DNA from: Candidatus Poribacteria bacterium
GTDB lineage: Bacteria > Poribacteria > WGA-4E > WGA-3G
Assembly (NCBI GenBank): GCA_965237835.1
Contig: OZ250160.1
Coordinates: 128,503-192,502, forward strand
DNA: 64,000 bases
Reading direction: 5' to 3'
Part shown: piece after piece, positions 1 through 8,338 of the stretch
How positions within the stretch are numbered: the stretch's first letter is position 1
Layout of the letters: each line of letters opens with the position of its first letter
Notes under the pieces: model-generated
Seen by the model: the letters and a program-made list of their open reading frames with translations, nothing else
What the model was told of the DNA's origin: nothing
The model's database searches: none
Made by a program: the position numbers and the translations under genes

Positions 1-530
1 CTGTAACGTTCAATTGCTTCTACTGTTTCTGAAGGATAGGCACCATTTGTAATCCGGAAGGTGCTAAATGGCACTTTCTCCGGAAATTCCTTCCAAGGTT
101 GAGAGACTATCCAGCGTTCAAACGCAGCAATTTCATCAGAGGTCAAGCCTCTTTGCAATAAAAGTCGTGTTTGGATAATTTTCTGTCCAATAGGCAGCAA
201 TTCAATCCCGTCAGCGTGAATATCTTGCTCACTTGCGGCAAAGAGTGTTGTACCTATACCTGCGAATGGGTCAAGCACTGTTCCCTGCATTCCACCTTCA
301 TACCCCCCCAGAAAATAGGCAACAAGTCCTGCCGAAAACGCTTCCTTATATTTATACCAATTATATGCTGGTTTATCTTTGTTTCCTTGAAAACTTACAA
401 TTTTCCGAGATAAAAATGGGGCTATTGACAATTGTGGTTTGAAATCCTCGGTGAGTTCAGTATCAAGCGCAGTGATTTCATCAAGCAGCTCAGAGGCTTG
501 TGGTTGAATTTCGTTTTTTTGCAAAGTCAT
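1..530 (-). CDS. DNA methyltransferase, N-terminal part (3' end lies beyond the left window edge)
   Basis: Absent from the ORF track because it runs off the window. Reverse-strand ATG at 528-530 is preceded by GAGGTG. Translation MTLQKNEIQPQASELLDEI...GTVLDPFAGIGTTLFAASEQDIHADGIELLPIGQKI carries the DPFxGxGTT SAM-binding motif of N4/N6 DNA methylases. The plus-strand ORFs 171-413 and 233-442 overlap it and look spurious. Confidence 0.65.
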   Translation of the reverse strand, partial: MTLQKNEIQPQASELLDEITALDTELTEDFKPQLSIAPFLSRKIVSFQGNKDKPAYNWYKYKEAFSAGLVAYFLGGYEGGMQGTVLDPFAGIGTTLFAASEQDIHADGIELLPIGQKIIQTRLLLQRGLTSDEIAAFERWIVSQPWKEFPEKVPFSTFRITNGAYPSETVEAIERY

Positions 531-553
531 AAACACCTCTATTATTGACATCT

Positions 554-957
554 CCCACACCTAAAGGAGTGGGATTCTTAGGTCTTATATCAGTCCTTAA
601 TGTTTCTGAATGCCTTGTTCCTGCTTCTGCATCCACTGCTCCGTAGTTGAGTCTAACACGGACTCCACAGGCGTTTAGACTCTCCCAGTGTCCCCAGGCG
701 AGTTATTAGTGAATGTGGTAGGGATGTTGTAGTAACAACATATATTAGGTGTTCTCTACCACATTCTAATGTTTTGAGTGATTTCGCACCAGCACCACAC
801 ACCTTATCACGGATGGGGACAGGACTCAACACAGGTAAGTGTTGAGGTGATAACCCTGTCCAACGATGCTACATATAGTATATACTATTTCGGTGCAAAT
901 GTCAAGCGTTTTTTGACCCACAGCTAAAGCAGTGGGATTGTTAGTTAATTCCCTTCA
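554..957 (-). repeat. Hairpin-bounded non-coding element, copy X (same family as 53415-53893 and 55176-55657)
   Basis: Hairpins CCCACAC-CTAAAG-GAGTGGG (554-573) and CCCACAG-CTAAAG-CAGTGGG (917-936) lie in direct orientation, each followed by ATT(C/G)TTAG. The right end TTAGTTAATTCCCTTCA and the internal blocks AAACGCCTGTGGA and AGAAGCAGGAA are shared with the Y copies. Confidence 0.55.
877..905 (-). promoter_or_regulatory. Sigma-70-like promoter inside element X, reading toward the methyltransferase gene
   Basis: On the minus strand: TTGACA (905-900), 17-nt spacer, TATACT (882-877). It would give a leader of roughly 340 nt before the ATG at 530. Confidence 0.4.
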
Positions 958-1724
958 CTTTCCGGAATTTCTTCCCAATTGTGTTCAGGTGAATATCCCA
1001 AATCCTCTTTCGCCTGCTTCCAGTCATAACTCGAATCTGCCCGACCAGCTACTGCGTTATATGCACCGTAATCTATCTGTTCCGTTTCAATAGCACGTTC
1101 CACACATTGTGCTACGTCCCTCGGATCAACATAAACAAACCACGGATTAGTTGGATGCTCAGGAGCAGAAGGTCCGGGATTATGTCCATCACCTGCAATC
1201 ACACCTGGACGGATATGGAATACTTTCAAGCCGTGTGCCTGATGGTAGGCTAAACCTATCTCCTCACCAAGGTGTTTTGCCAACGCATAATAGAGGTCGC
1301 CTCCACCAAACCTAAATGCGTCACCAACTTGATAGGGTAATTGAGCTTCTGGAGCAGGAGGACACGCTGCTATACTGGATATGTTAACTAACTTTTGCAC
1401 CTTTTGCTGCACACACGCCTCAGCAACATTCCATGTCCCCTTTACCATCACCTCGGCAAATAAAGAGTTAGGTTTACCGTGGCGTTCTCTGACCAGCGCG
1501 ACGAGGTGAACAACGGCATCTTGATCCGCACACGCTGCTTCAATTTCAGACGCTTTTGTCACATCCGCTTTTATAAAATGTGTGTTTGAAAATGTCTTTG
1601 CATGTTCAATGACAGGTTCAATGATATCAGTGAGTGTTAACTCGTAATTGATGCATAGACGTTTAATGACAAATTGCGCGAGGTATCCAGATGCACCGGT
1701 GATCAGAATCTTTTTAATAGACAT
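945..1724 (-). CDS. NAD-dependent epimerase/dehydratase (extended SDR) family protein
   Basis: 259-aa ORF with an N-terminal Rossmann motif ILITGASGYLAQ and YxxxK (YALAK). The last codons and stop (EGN*) are encoded by the terminus of repeat X. Confidence 0.8.
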   Translation of the reverse strand: MSIKKILITGASGYLAQFVIKRLCINYELTLTDIIEPVIEHAKTFSNTHFIKADVTKASEIEAACADQDAVVHLVALVRERHGKPNSLFAEVMVKGTWNVAEACVQQKVQKLVNISSIAACPPAPEAQLPYQVGDAFRFGGGDLYYALAKHLGEEIGLAYHQAHGLKVFHIRPGVIAGDGHNPGPSAPEHPTNPWFVYVDPRDVAQCVERAIETEQIDYGAYNAVAGRADSSYDWKQAKEDLGYSPEHNWEEIPESEGN

Positions 1725-1735
1725 GATGTTTCACG

Positions 1736-2080
1736 TTATCCGTTTACGAAAGGTGCTTCAGTATAGAGTCCATCATTGTAACCGACATAAAAGACCTTTC
1801 CAATTTGCACAGTTGGAGCACGCAAACTGCCACTACGCCCAAGAACAACTTTCAGAATGGATTCACGCACATCTTCGTTAGGTACAAAGGTTTCCACTTT
1901 CTTACCCTTCGCGACGACTATCTGCTCAGCGGATCCCATTAAATCCCATACAGCGTCTGCTTCCAACTTTTCTTTTCGCGCATCTGATCGGTTTTCTGCT
2001 TGTAAGTTGTTTGTGTCAAGAACCTCTTGCACTTTTTTGCATGAGTTTCAGCTATTTCGAAAATATATCCAGTCTATCAT
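1736..2080 (-). CDS. ArsC/Spx-family thioredoxin-fold selenoprotein (in-frame UGA at 2048-2050)
   Basis: The track ORF 1736-2032 starts at an internal GTG. Extending upstream in frame gives ATG at 2078-2080 behind GGAGGA, then MIDWIYFRNS-U-NSCKKVQEVLD. This is a UxxC redox motif where ArsC/Spx proteins have CxxC. The ATG overlaps the upstream gene's stop (TAATG). Confidence 0.65.
2013..2032 (-). promoter_or_regulatory. Candidate bacterial SECIS hairpin
   Basis: 15 nt after the UGA lies GUG-CAAGA-GGU-UCUUG-A-CAC. This is a stem with a G-rich apical loop at the distance expected for SelB-dependent recoding. Confidence 0.45.
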
Positions 2081-3117
2081 TATAATTCCTCCACTTTAAT
2101 AAATTTTCCAGTATTGCGACTTTTTATTGCAGCATCAATCAATTCAAACGTGTGAAGTGCGTCTCTGAAAGTGGAACGGATCAGAGTTCTGTCCCCTGTT
2201 TCAATAGCACGCAACCACGCTCCTGTTTTGTCTAATCCTAAACTGTTTTGCGAAACAGTAGACTGATTAACTTTTTCACCATTAAGATATCCTCGAATCG
2301 TATTCTCCGCCATATTCGCCTGCAGGCGCAAATTCGGTCCTACCACCTCAACTTCAAAACAGAACCCTTCGGTCCCGCAGTGATTCATGTGCGTACCGAA
2401 AACACCATTGTCCAATTCATAAGTCATTTGGATAGCATTTTCTGCGTCAAATTCTGTTCGATCTAATGCCATATTTTTGACAGCTAATGCGTGTGCTTGA
2501 ACGGGTTTCGGATTTCCCAAAACAAATCGCGCACAATCCAACACATGCACCGCTTGTTCGGCTAAAGGTCCCCCACTTATTTCAGACTGCAAAAACCAGT
2601 GTGGCATTGTGTAATTGAGATAATAGTCAATTGTGCAGACCGTTCGGACCAGATGAACAGTCTCTGAAGCAATCAATTCTTTCAGGCGTTCGTAAAGATG
2701 ATGGTATCGCAGTTGAAATCCGATAGCTGCGATCACATCTGCATTCTCAATACATTCAAGACATTTTCGCCCTTCAGTTATATTCAATGCTGGTGGTTTC
2801 TCAACCATCAATGCAATACCATGCTCACATGCCATCTTGATAGGTTCTAAACGAACAGGGGGTGGTGTTGTAATCACCACCCCGTCCAATTCTACATGAA
2901 AAAAGTCATTCAGCACATCGGTGGCAAGTTCAGCATTGGCAAGCGTTGCCAGTTCTTGTGCTGCCGCAAGTCGAACATCGTGAACAGCAACCACACGTCC
3001 ACCGTAGTTAGTTACTGCATTGAAATGATGCCTGCCCATCCTTCCAGCACCGATGATGCCTATGGCTAAAGAATCACTTCCGCTATTTGCGTTCGTAGAA
3101 GCTTTTTGCTGTATCAC
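2080..3117 (-). CDS. Gfo/Idh/MocA family oxidoreductase
   Basis: 345 aa with the N-terminal Rossmann motif IGIIGAGRMGRHH and the EKP motif (MVEKPPAL). Confidence 0.85.
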   Translation of the reverse strand: MIQQKASTNANSGSDSLAIGIIGAGRMGRHHFNAVTNYGGRVVAVHDVRLAAAQELATLANAELATDVLNDFFHVELDGVVITTPPPVRLEPIKMACEHGIALMVEKPPALNITEGRKCLECIENADVIAAIGFQLRYHHLYERLKELIASETVHLVRTVCTIDYYLNYTMPHWFLQSEISGGPLAEQAVHVLDCARFVLGNPKPVQAHALAVKNMALDRTEFDAENAIQMTYELDNGVFGTHMNHCGTEGFCFEVEVVGPNLRLQANMAENTIRGYLNGEKVNQSTVSQNSLGLDKTGAWLRAIETGDRTLIRSTFRDALHTFELIDAAIKSRNTGKFIKVEEL

Positions 3118-3824
3118 TTACGTTTCAGGTCTCCCCACGTGACAGCAATTTTACCTTTCGGCTCAATAGGTGTAGGGTTAAAGTCCGGTGGTCCGACAAA
3201 TATATTATCGTACTGGGCATGTTCACTACCACTCATTCGGAACCCAATTTTTCCAGACGAGAACGCACCTTGCGAATCAGTCCATTCACTGACGAGAGAT
3301 AAGTCTTCAACGCTGGCACCCACCGAACCAAGGTAAGCCTTAAAATTATGACCTGCACGAACCTCAAATTTCACTCGGTACCACACATTCTGTTCGCGAT
3401 CAACACCATCAACAAATGCCCCTGGTTCTGCAGCCCAACCGCCATTGACTCTTCGGTGCCACCGGATGTGTTGTGGTGTGTGTCCTGATGCTGCAGTTGA
3501 AATTTGGTGCATGTAGATATTGTTAGCGTCCTGTCCGTGAAAAACAAATCCAGCTAACCCATTTTGCGTCGCTTTAAAATCCGCGTAATAATCGTATTCT
3601 GCGGGAAAATCATCAATGCTAAGCCCAACGTCACCACCTGGAACGTAAAGTACGTTTTTAGCGAGTACATCATGACCATCGGCATTTTCTTCAATCACCC
3701 ATGTAGCTTTTGGTACCCATTTAGATTCGTCAATGTCCCCACTTTCAAAATCGTCATGAAACAGAATTTCGGCAGAAACGGTGCCGACACACAAAATCAT
3801 TACTAAACAAATTACGTATCGCAT
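3114..3824 (-). CDS. Secreted DUF1080 / LamG-like (3-keto-disaccharide hydrolase-like) protein, paralogue 1
   Basis: 236 aa with signal peptide MRYVICLVMILCVGTVSA. The EILFHDDFESG...W start is typical of DUF1080. Roughly two-thirds identical by eye to 4226-4936. Confidence 0.65.
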   Translation of the reverse strand: MRYVICLVMILCVGTVSAEILFHDDFESGDIDESKWVPKATWVIEENADGHDVLAKNVLYVPGGDVGLSIDDFPAEYDYYADFKATQNGLAGFVFHGQDANNIYMHQISTAASGHTPQHIRWHRRVNGGWAAEPGAFVDGVDREQNVWYRVKFEVRAGHNFKAYLGSVGASVEDLSLVSEWTDSQGAFSSGKIGFRMSGSEHAQYDNIFVGPPDFNPTPIEPKGKIAVTWGDLKRK

Positions 3825-3841
3825 TTTATTTTATCTCCTTG

Positions 3842-3939
3842 TAATATCAAATTAACGCGATTTGTAGTGCAAGGTCTCTGGGTCCTCCTCACAATGCTGA
3901 CTTTATCAGAAAACTTCAAATCAAGTTAATTTGGTATAA
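3842..3939. mobile_element. MITE family A copy (TIR TATA(C/T)CAAATTAAC ... GTTAATTTGGTATA)
   Basis: Terminal inverted repeats enclose a REP-like core GTAGTGCAAGGTCTCTGGGTCCTCCTCACAATGC. It lies directly 5' of the start of gene 3114-3824. Confidence 0.7.
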
Positions 3940-4087
3940 TATATAAAATATATAATGGGCAAAACGGATAGCTCAGCCGCCGAAATCCGATTTCCCAAGT
4001 CAGATTAATATTTAGTTGAAAGCCAATTCAATTATCATGCATTGTCAAGTATATCACAAATTTCGTTGATCAAATAATTAAATTCTC

Positions 4088-4209
4088 AGAGCCATTCAAT
4101 TGTCCGGTAGTTCTGTTTTGCTGCTCAAGATATCTCCTCTGTCCGAGCGACCTCCCGGTCGCGACTTCCTGACTGAAACCGTGAGAAAACTTGAAAACTG
4201 AATGGCTCT
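4088..4209. repeat. Short inverted-repeat-bounded element related to family A
   Basis: 11-bp perfect inverted repeat AGAGCCATTCA / TGAATGGCTCT. It encloses the hairpin GCGACC-tccc-GGTCGC and a CTGAC...GAAAACTTGAAAA block like the right half of family A. Confidence 0.45.
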
Positions 4210-4225
4210 AATTAAATCCTATGTA

Positions 4226-4936
4226 TTATTTGCGTTTCAGGTTTCCCCACGTCACCGCGAGTTTGCCTCTGGGTTCAACAGAAAATATGTCAAATTCCGG
4301 TGTAGCAACTACAATGTTATCGTATTGTGCGCGCTCTCCGCCACTCATTCGTATACCAATTTTACCCTTCTCGAATGCTTTTTGACTATCCGTCCATTCG
4401 CTTGCAAGCGTAAAATCTTTATCTTCCGCGCCGACATCGCCGATATATGCTTTAAATTTGTAGTCTTTACGCACCTCAAACTTCACCCGATACCAAACAT
4501 TTTGGTCGAGATTCCCTGTATCTACGAAGGGGGCAGGTTCGGCAGTATACCCGCCGCCTACTTTTCTGTGCCATCGGATGTGTTGCGGAGTATGCGCGGA
4601 AGCACTGGTTGAAACCTGATGCATATAGACGTTATTGCTGTCTTGTGCGTGAAAAACAAAACCTGCTAAGCCATTCGCTACAGTTTTAAAATCTGCGTAA
4701 TAATCAAACTCTTCGGGAAACTCATCTACACTGAGACCAATTTCACTGCTCAGGACATCAAGGACCTTATTGCCGAGGACATCATGTTTATCATCATTAT
4801 TCTCAATTACCCAAGTACCTTGCGGTGTCCACTTTGACGTATCAATTTTCCCATTCTCAAAGTCGTCTTGAAACAGAATTTCAGCGGAAACAGTACTGAC
4901 ACACAGAATCAGTGTCAAATAGATTACATATCTCAT
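4226..4936 (-). CDS. Secreted DUF1080 / LamG-like protein, paralogue 2
   Basis: 236 aa with signal peptide MRYVIYLTLILCVSTVSA. Collinear with 3114-3824 along its whole length. Confidence 0.65.
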   Translation of the reverse strand: MRYVIYLTLILCVSTVSAEILFQDDFENGKIDTSKWTPQGTWVIENNDDKHDVLGNKVLDVLSSEIGLSVDEFPEEFDYYADFKTVANGLAGFVFHAQDSNNVYMHQVSTSASAHTPQHIRWHRKVGGGYTAEPAPFVDTGNLDQNVWYRVKFEVRKDYKFKAYIGDVGAEDKDFTLASEWTDSQKAFEKGKIGIRMSGGERAQYDNIVVATPEFDIFSVEPRGKLAVTWGNLKRK

Positions 4937-4947
4937 ATCAATCTCCT

Positions 4948-5043
4948 TATACCAAATTAACGGGATTTATCTCATTTTTCTTGGTATTCGGTGCGGTTAG
5001 AAACCGCACCTACCGAGTGGGATCAAGTTAATTTGGTATTATA
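4948..5043. mobile_element. MITE family A copy with a family-B palindrome core
   Basis: Carries the family A inverted repeats, but the core is GGTGCGGTTAGAAACCGCACC (4990-5010). It lies directly 5' of the start of gene 4226-4936. Confidence 0.65.
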
Positions 5044-5048
5044 CACTG

Positions 5049-5765
5049 TTAGAATTTATCGGTTTTAACTTCTGCCCAGATTGTTGTTAGTTTAGCAGTT
5101 GGTTCAACTGCCATTGGATCGTTGCCACCATAAATCTCAATTTCATCAATACGCGCACCATCATTAGCACGAATATGGATGCGCAGCCATCGTGCATCTA
5201 TATCATCAAAGATAATCTCTGTAGTTTTGCTAATGGGAGCACCATCATGGGTATAAACCTTTTTCCATGTATTTGCAGTGGAGTCCGCATCCGCGATAGT
5301 CGTTGCGACGAGGATATCAAAATCGACGGTTATGCGGTCGACGAAACCTTGTGAGTGATCACTCGCAAAATAGATACGGTTCACATTGGCGACAGCACCG
5401 ATGTCAATTTGTGCCCACCCGGGTATCGCGCCAATGATCCAACTACGGCAGTTGTTATAGAAGCCATCGTTAAGATATTCCGTGCAGTGCCGCTGCGGAC
5501 ACCAACCTGCTAATAGAGAAGAAGATTCCGCTTTAGCATCTTTCAGTAGATCTAAATTCGGCTGATTATCCAGAACCGTTGGAACAAATTCAGGACCCGG
5601 TTTTCCGCCAGCATCACATGCTGTAGTTGCTGCATTGATGTCCTGCTCTTTGAATTCGTGGCGTCCGAGTTTTTCCGGTCCCTTGTCCTCATCATGGAGT
5701 GCGAAAGACATGGAGACATTTAACATTATCGCAACCACAAGCAAACAGAAAATTATACGTCTCAT
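5049..5765 (-). CDS. Secreted protein with a discoidin / F5-8 type C-like (galactose-binding-like) domain
   Basis: The track ORF starts at 5876. I prefer the ATG at 5763-5765, which follows AAGGAGG and gives the signal peptide MRRIIFCLLVVAIMLNVSMSFA. The C-terminal RWLRIHIRANDGARIDEIEIYG is discoidin-like. Confidence 0.55.
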   Translation of the reverse strand: MRRIIFCLLVVAIMLNVSMSFALHDEDKGPEKLGRHEFKEQDINAATTACDAGGKPGPEFVPTVLDNQPNLDLLKDAKAESSSLLAGWCPQRHCTEYLNDGFYNNCRSWIIGAIPGWAQIDIGAVANVNRIYFASDHSQGFVDRITVDFDILVATTIADADSTANTWKKVYTHDGAPISKTTEIIFDDIDARWLRIHIRANDGARIDEIEIYGGNDPMAVEPTAKLTTIWAEVKTDKF

Positions 5766-5974
5766 CAAAACTACCTCCTTAAGCAACAGAGGCGTTGTGA
5801 TTAGAATTAGTAGATTTTTGCCATATAAATGATATTGCGATAGTTGTGAAAAAACCTTCCATTTCTTAGTCAACAACCCTAAGTACTACTTGAGTCTTTG
5901 TCGTTTGTCATAGAATTCTTGTAAACGGGTTTTGAAATTATCACGATTATTTAATACTCGCAATGACACAAGGT

Positions 5975-6970
5975 TTATAAAGAATCTGAAAAATATTTCT
6001 TAGCCACTTCATTCACAAAATTCTTTCCCATCACACGATAACCCTCTGCATCAGGATGCAAGTTATCAGGAAGCAGGTCTACATAGTCAGGACCGAACAC
6101 ATCTAAACCGCTGACATAATGGATGTTTTCATCACCATAAGTTTGAAGTGCATCAGCGGCAGCTTGCACCTCTTCACGCATTTTCTGCAGATTGAAACCG
6201 ACTGCGTTTGGGTTTTCCTCTCGGTTTGGACAATAGACAGGTGACATTAGGACGATAGGAATATCTGAATGTTTCTCGCGAATAATCTGGACTGCACCGA
6301 TAATCGCAGGACGAAACGCTCGAGGACCTAAACTTGATGCCCCTTGGATATTAATACCAAGACACATAGAGATAAAGTTAGCTGGTAGGTCACGGATCAT
6401 CCGTGCTACCATAGAATCAAGATGACACTGTCCACCATAACCCAGACAGGTTAAGTTGAAATTCTGATCTCGTGCAACAACCCCTGGCCAAGTCTGTATA
6501 GGTGATGCTGCGGAACGACACTGGGTGATAGAACTTCCGTAAGTGATCCACCGAGGACGTTTGTCTATGAACGGTTCTAATGTTGCACCATCGTCTATTT
6601 TTAAATTACGCAGTTGAAATCTACCAAATTGTGGCAACCATAATTCAATCAATTTTTCCTTATCTGACAGGTTTTCAAAGATGAAACTGTTCTTCCCTTT
6701 CAGATCAAACGAGCCAATGAACTCTCCATTACAACAGAGGTCAAGCATACCAGATTCGCGTTGTTCAACAATACTACCAGAGATGCGGGTTGTATTACTT
6801 TGAAAACTAACACGAACACCAGCGGGCATTGCTGAACGTTCTAACAACGGTTCTGGAAATAACACATGCTTTTCATGGGGAGTTCTCCACGGCATAATTG
6901 AATCATTTGTCTTCTCTATAGACACAACACCTTGCCAATTCAAATGGGGAGCATCAGGTTTCAATTGCAT
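5975..6970 (-). CDS. SGNH/GDSL-type hydrolase
   Basis: 331 aa with block I GSSITQ and block V DNLHPDAEGY. Confidence 0.65.
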   Translation of the reverse strand: MQLKPDAPHLNWQGVVSIEKTNDSIMPWRTPHEKHVLFPEPLLERSAMPAGVRVSFQSNTTRISGSIVEQRESGMLDLCCNGEFIGSFDLKGKNSFIFENLSDKEKLIELWLPQFGRFQLRNLKIDDGATLEPFIDKRPRWITYGSSITQCRSAASPIQTWPGVVARDQNFNLTCLGYGGQCHLDSMVARMIRDLPANFISMCLGINIQGASSLGPRAFRPAIIGAVQIIREKHSDIPIVLMSPVYCPNREENPNAVGFNLQKMREEVQAAADALQTYGDENIHYVSGLDVFGPDYVDLLPDNLHPDAEGYRVMGKNFVNEVAKKYFSDSL

Positions 6971-7005
6971 AATAATATACCCTTCTTACGTTTTTTGTGT
7001 AGAAG

Positions 7006-7818
7006 TTACATTGCGTCAACAACAGCGCGAAGTTGGCGGATACCATCTAACATCTGTTGCGGGTTTCCCCAATGTTCAATGCTCGCAGCACCCGTAAATC
7101 CATCATCAACAAGTGTCTGTAACAACTGTTCATACCGTAAGTCTGTCCCTCTAATTGGATCCAGATTTTTCTCTCGATTCGGTTTGACATGCACATGTCG
7201 CACAAGCCCTTTAATATGAGAATATCCATCCGGCAAAGGGAGTTCGCCACAGTGTAAACCGTTATTAACATCCCAACATGAAGCAAGTGCCGGACTATTT
7301 CCAAGTGCATCAATGACTGCACGTGTTTCTTCGCAACTGCCAACGAGTGTAGCATCTTCATTTTCAAAAGCCAGTATCACGTTCGCACCCTCAGCAATTG
7401 GAACAACAGGAGCAAGTTTTTCGGCTATTTGTTCCAGATAGTCGTTTATATCCGGACGGGACGACTCTTTAAGTCTCCGATTTGGATTCCAAAATGCAAA
7501 TCCACGAATTATCTGTGTTTCAAAAGCGTGTGCAAGTTCAACCATTCGGTCAAAGTGTCGTAAGTGACGTTCATACTCCTGTGGATTGTCAATTGGACAT
7601 TTCCCAAAAGGTGAGCCGATGCTTGCAACCTTGACATCATAAGTACTCAGCACATCTTGTGCGCGTTTTACATCGTCGTCATCTATTTCGGTAACGTGTT
7701 TGCCCCAAACACCACTGCGAACTTCCACAGTAGTGGCACCGGCTTCCACACCAAGTTTTATAGCTTCCTCAAAATCTTCTCTGGAAACTTCGTCAGCAAA
7801 AAAACAAACATCTATCAT
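7006..7818 (-). CDS. Sugar phosphate isomerase/epimerase (xylose isomerase-like TIM barrel)
   Basis: 270 aa with the typical layout, including ILAFENE and HVHVKP metal-ligand regions. Confidence 0.75.
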   Translation of the reverse strand: MIDVCFFADEVSREDFEEAIKLGVEAGATTVEVRSGVWGKHVTEIDDDDVKRAQDVLSTYDVKVASIGSPFGKCPIDNPQEYERHLRHFDRMVELAHAFETQIIRGFAFWNPNRRLKESSRPDINDYLEQIAEKLAPVVPIAEGANVILAFENEDATLVGSCEETRAVIDALGNSPALASCWDVNNGLHCGELPLPDGYSHIKGLVRHVHVKPNREKNLDPIRGTDLRYEQLLQTLVDDGFTGAASIEHWGNPQQMLDGIRQLRAVVDAM

Positions 7819-7950
7819 TTATTATTTCCCGCATGTTTTCCCGATGATACACTATTTTAGTCGTGTGATAACATGCATAGTGATACGCATGCTTCAGCCT
7901 AATATAATTGGGAAATGCAGACTCCTTTTTTGAATTTACTGGCAGACCTT

Positions 7951-8035
7951 TATACCCAATTAACCCGATTTGTAGTGCGAGATCTCTGGGTCCTCCTCGC
8001 AATCCTGACTTCATCAGAAAACGTCTAATGAGATT
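7951..8035. mobile_element. MITE family A copy, right end degenerate
   Basis: TATACCCAATTAACCCGATTTGTAGTGCGAGATCTCTGGGTCCTCCTCGCAATCCTGAC... The right inverted repeat has decayed. Confidence 0.5.
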
Positions 8036-8333
8036 ATGCGATCCAATAGAGAACAACAGCAGTGACTACCAATATTATCTCTACTACATTTGTTATTATT
8101 TTACCATTCCCATTTAGATAACGTGATAACCATTCAGTGACACTAATAAAACACCAAAGCGAACCAGATATTAGAAGTATTATACCTGTCCGGTGTCCTG
8201 GATGATCTTGCAGAAATGTATAACCCTTTGCAATAATTGATATCCCAAGAAACGGATATACGAAAAGACTTGCCCATTTCAACCATTTTGCATTTCGTAA
8301 GTAGGTACTAATCGAGACAAACATAACTCTCAA
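8034..8333 (-). CDS. Small integral membrane protein, hypothetical
   Basis: 99 aa with three hydrophobic segments and no recognisable motif. Confidence 0.4.
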   Translation of the reverse strand: MRVMFVSISTYLRNAKWLKWASLFVYPFLGISIIAKGYTFLQDHPGHRTGIILLISGSLWCFISVTEWLSRYLNGNGKIITNVVEIILVVTAVVLYWIA

Positions 8334-8338
8334 TCCTC

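Noticed and set aside
171-442. Plus-strand ORFs of 80 and 69 aa at the left edge
   Set aside because: They lie fully inside the minus-strand methyltransferase ORF, which has a clear SAM-binding motif.
5766-5876. The 37-codon N-terminal extension of the discoidin-like protein given in the ORF track
   Set aside because: The internal ATG at 5765 has an AAGGAGG RBS and yields a canonical signal peptide. The extension has neither.
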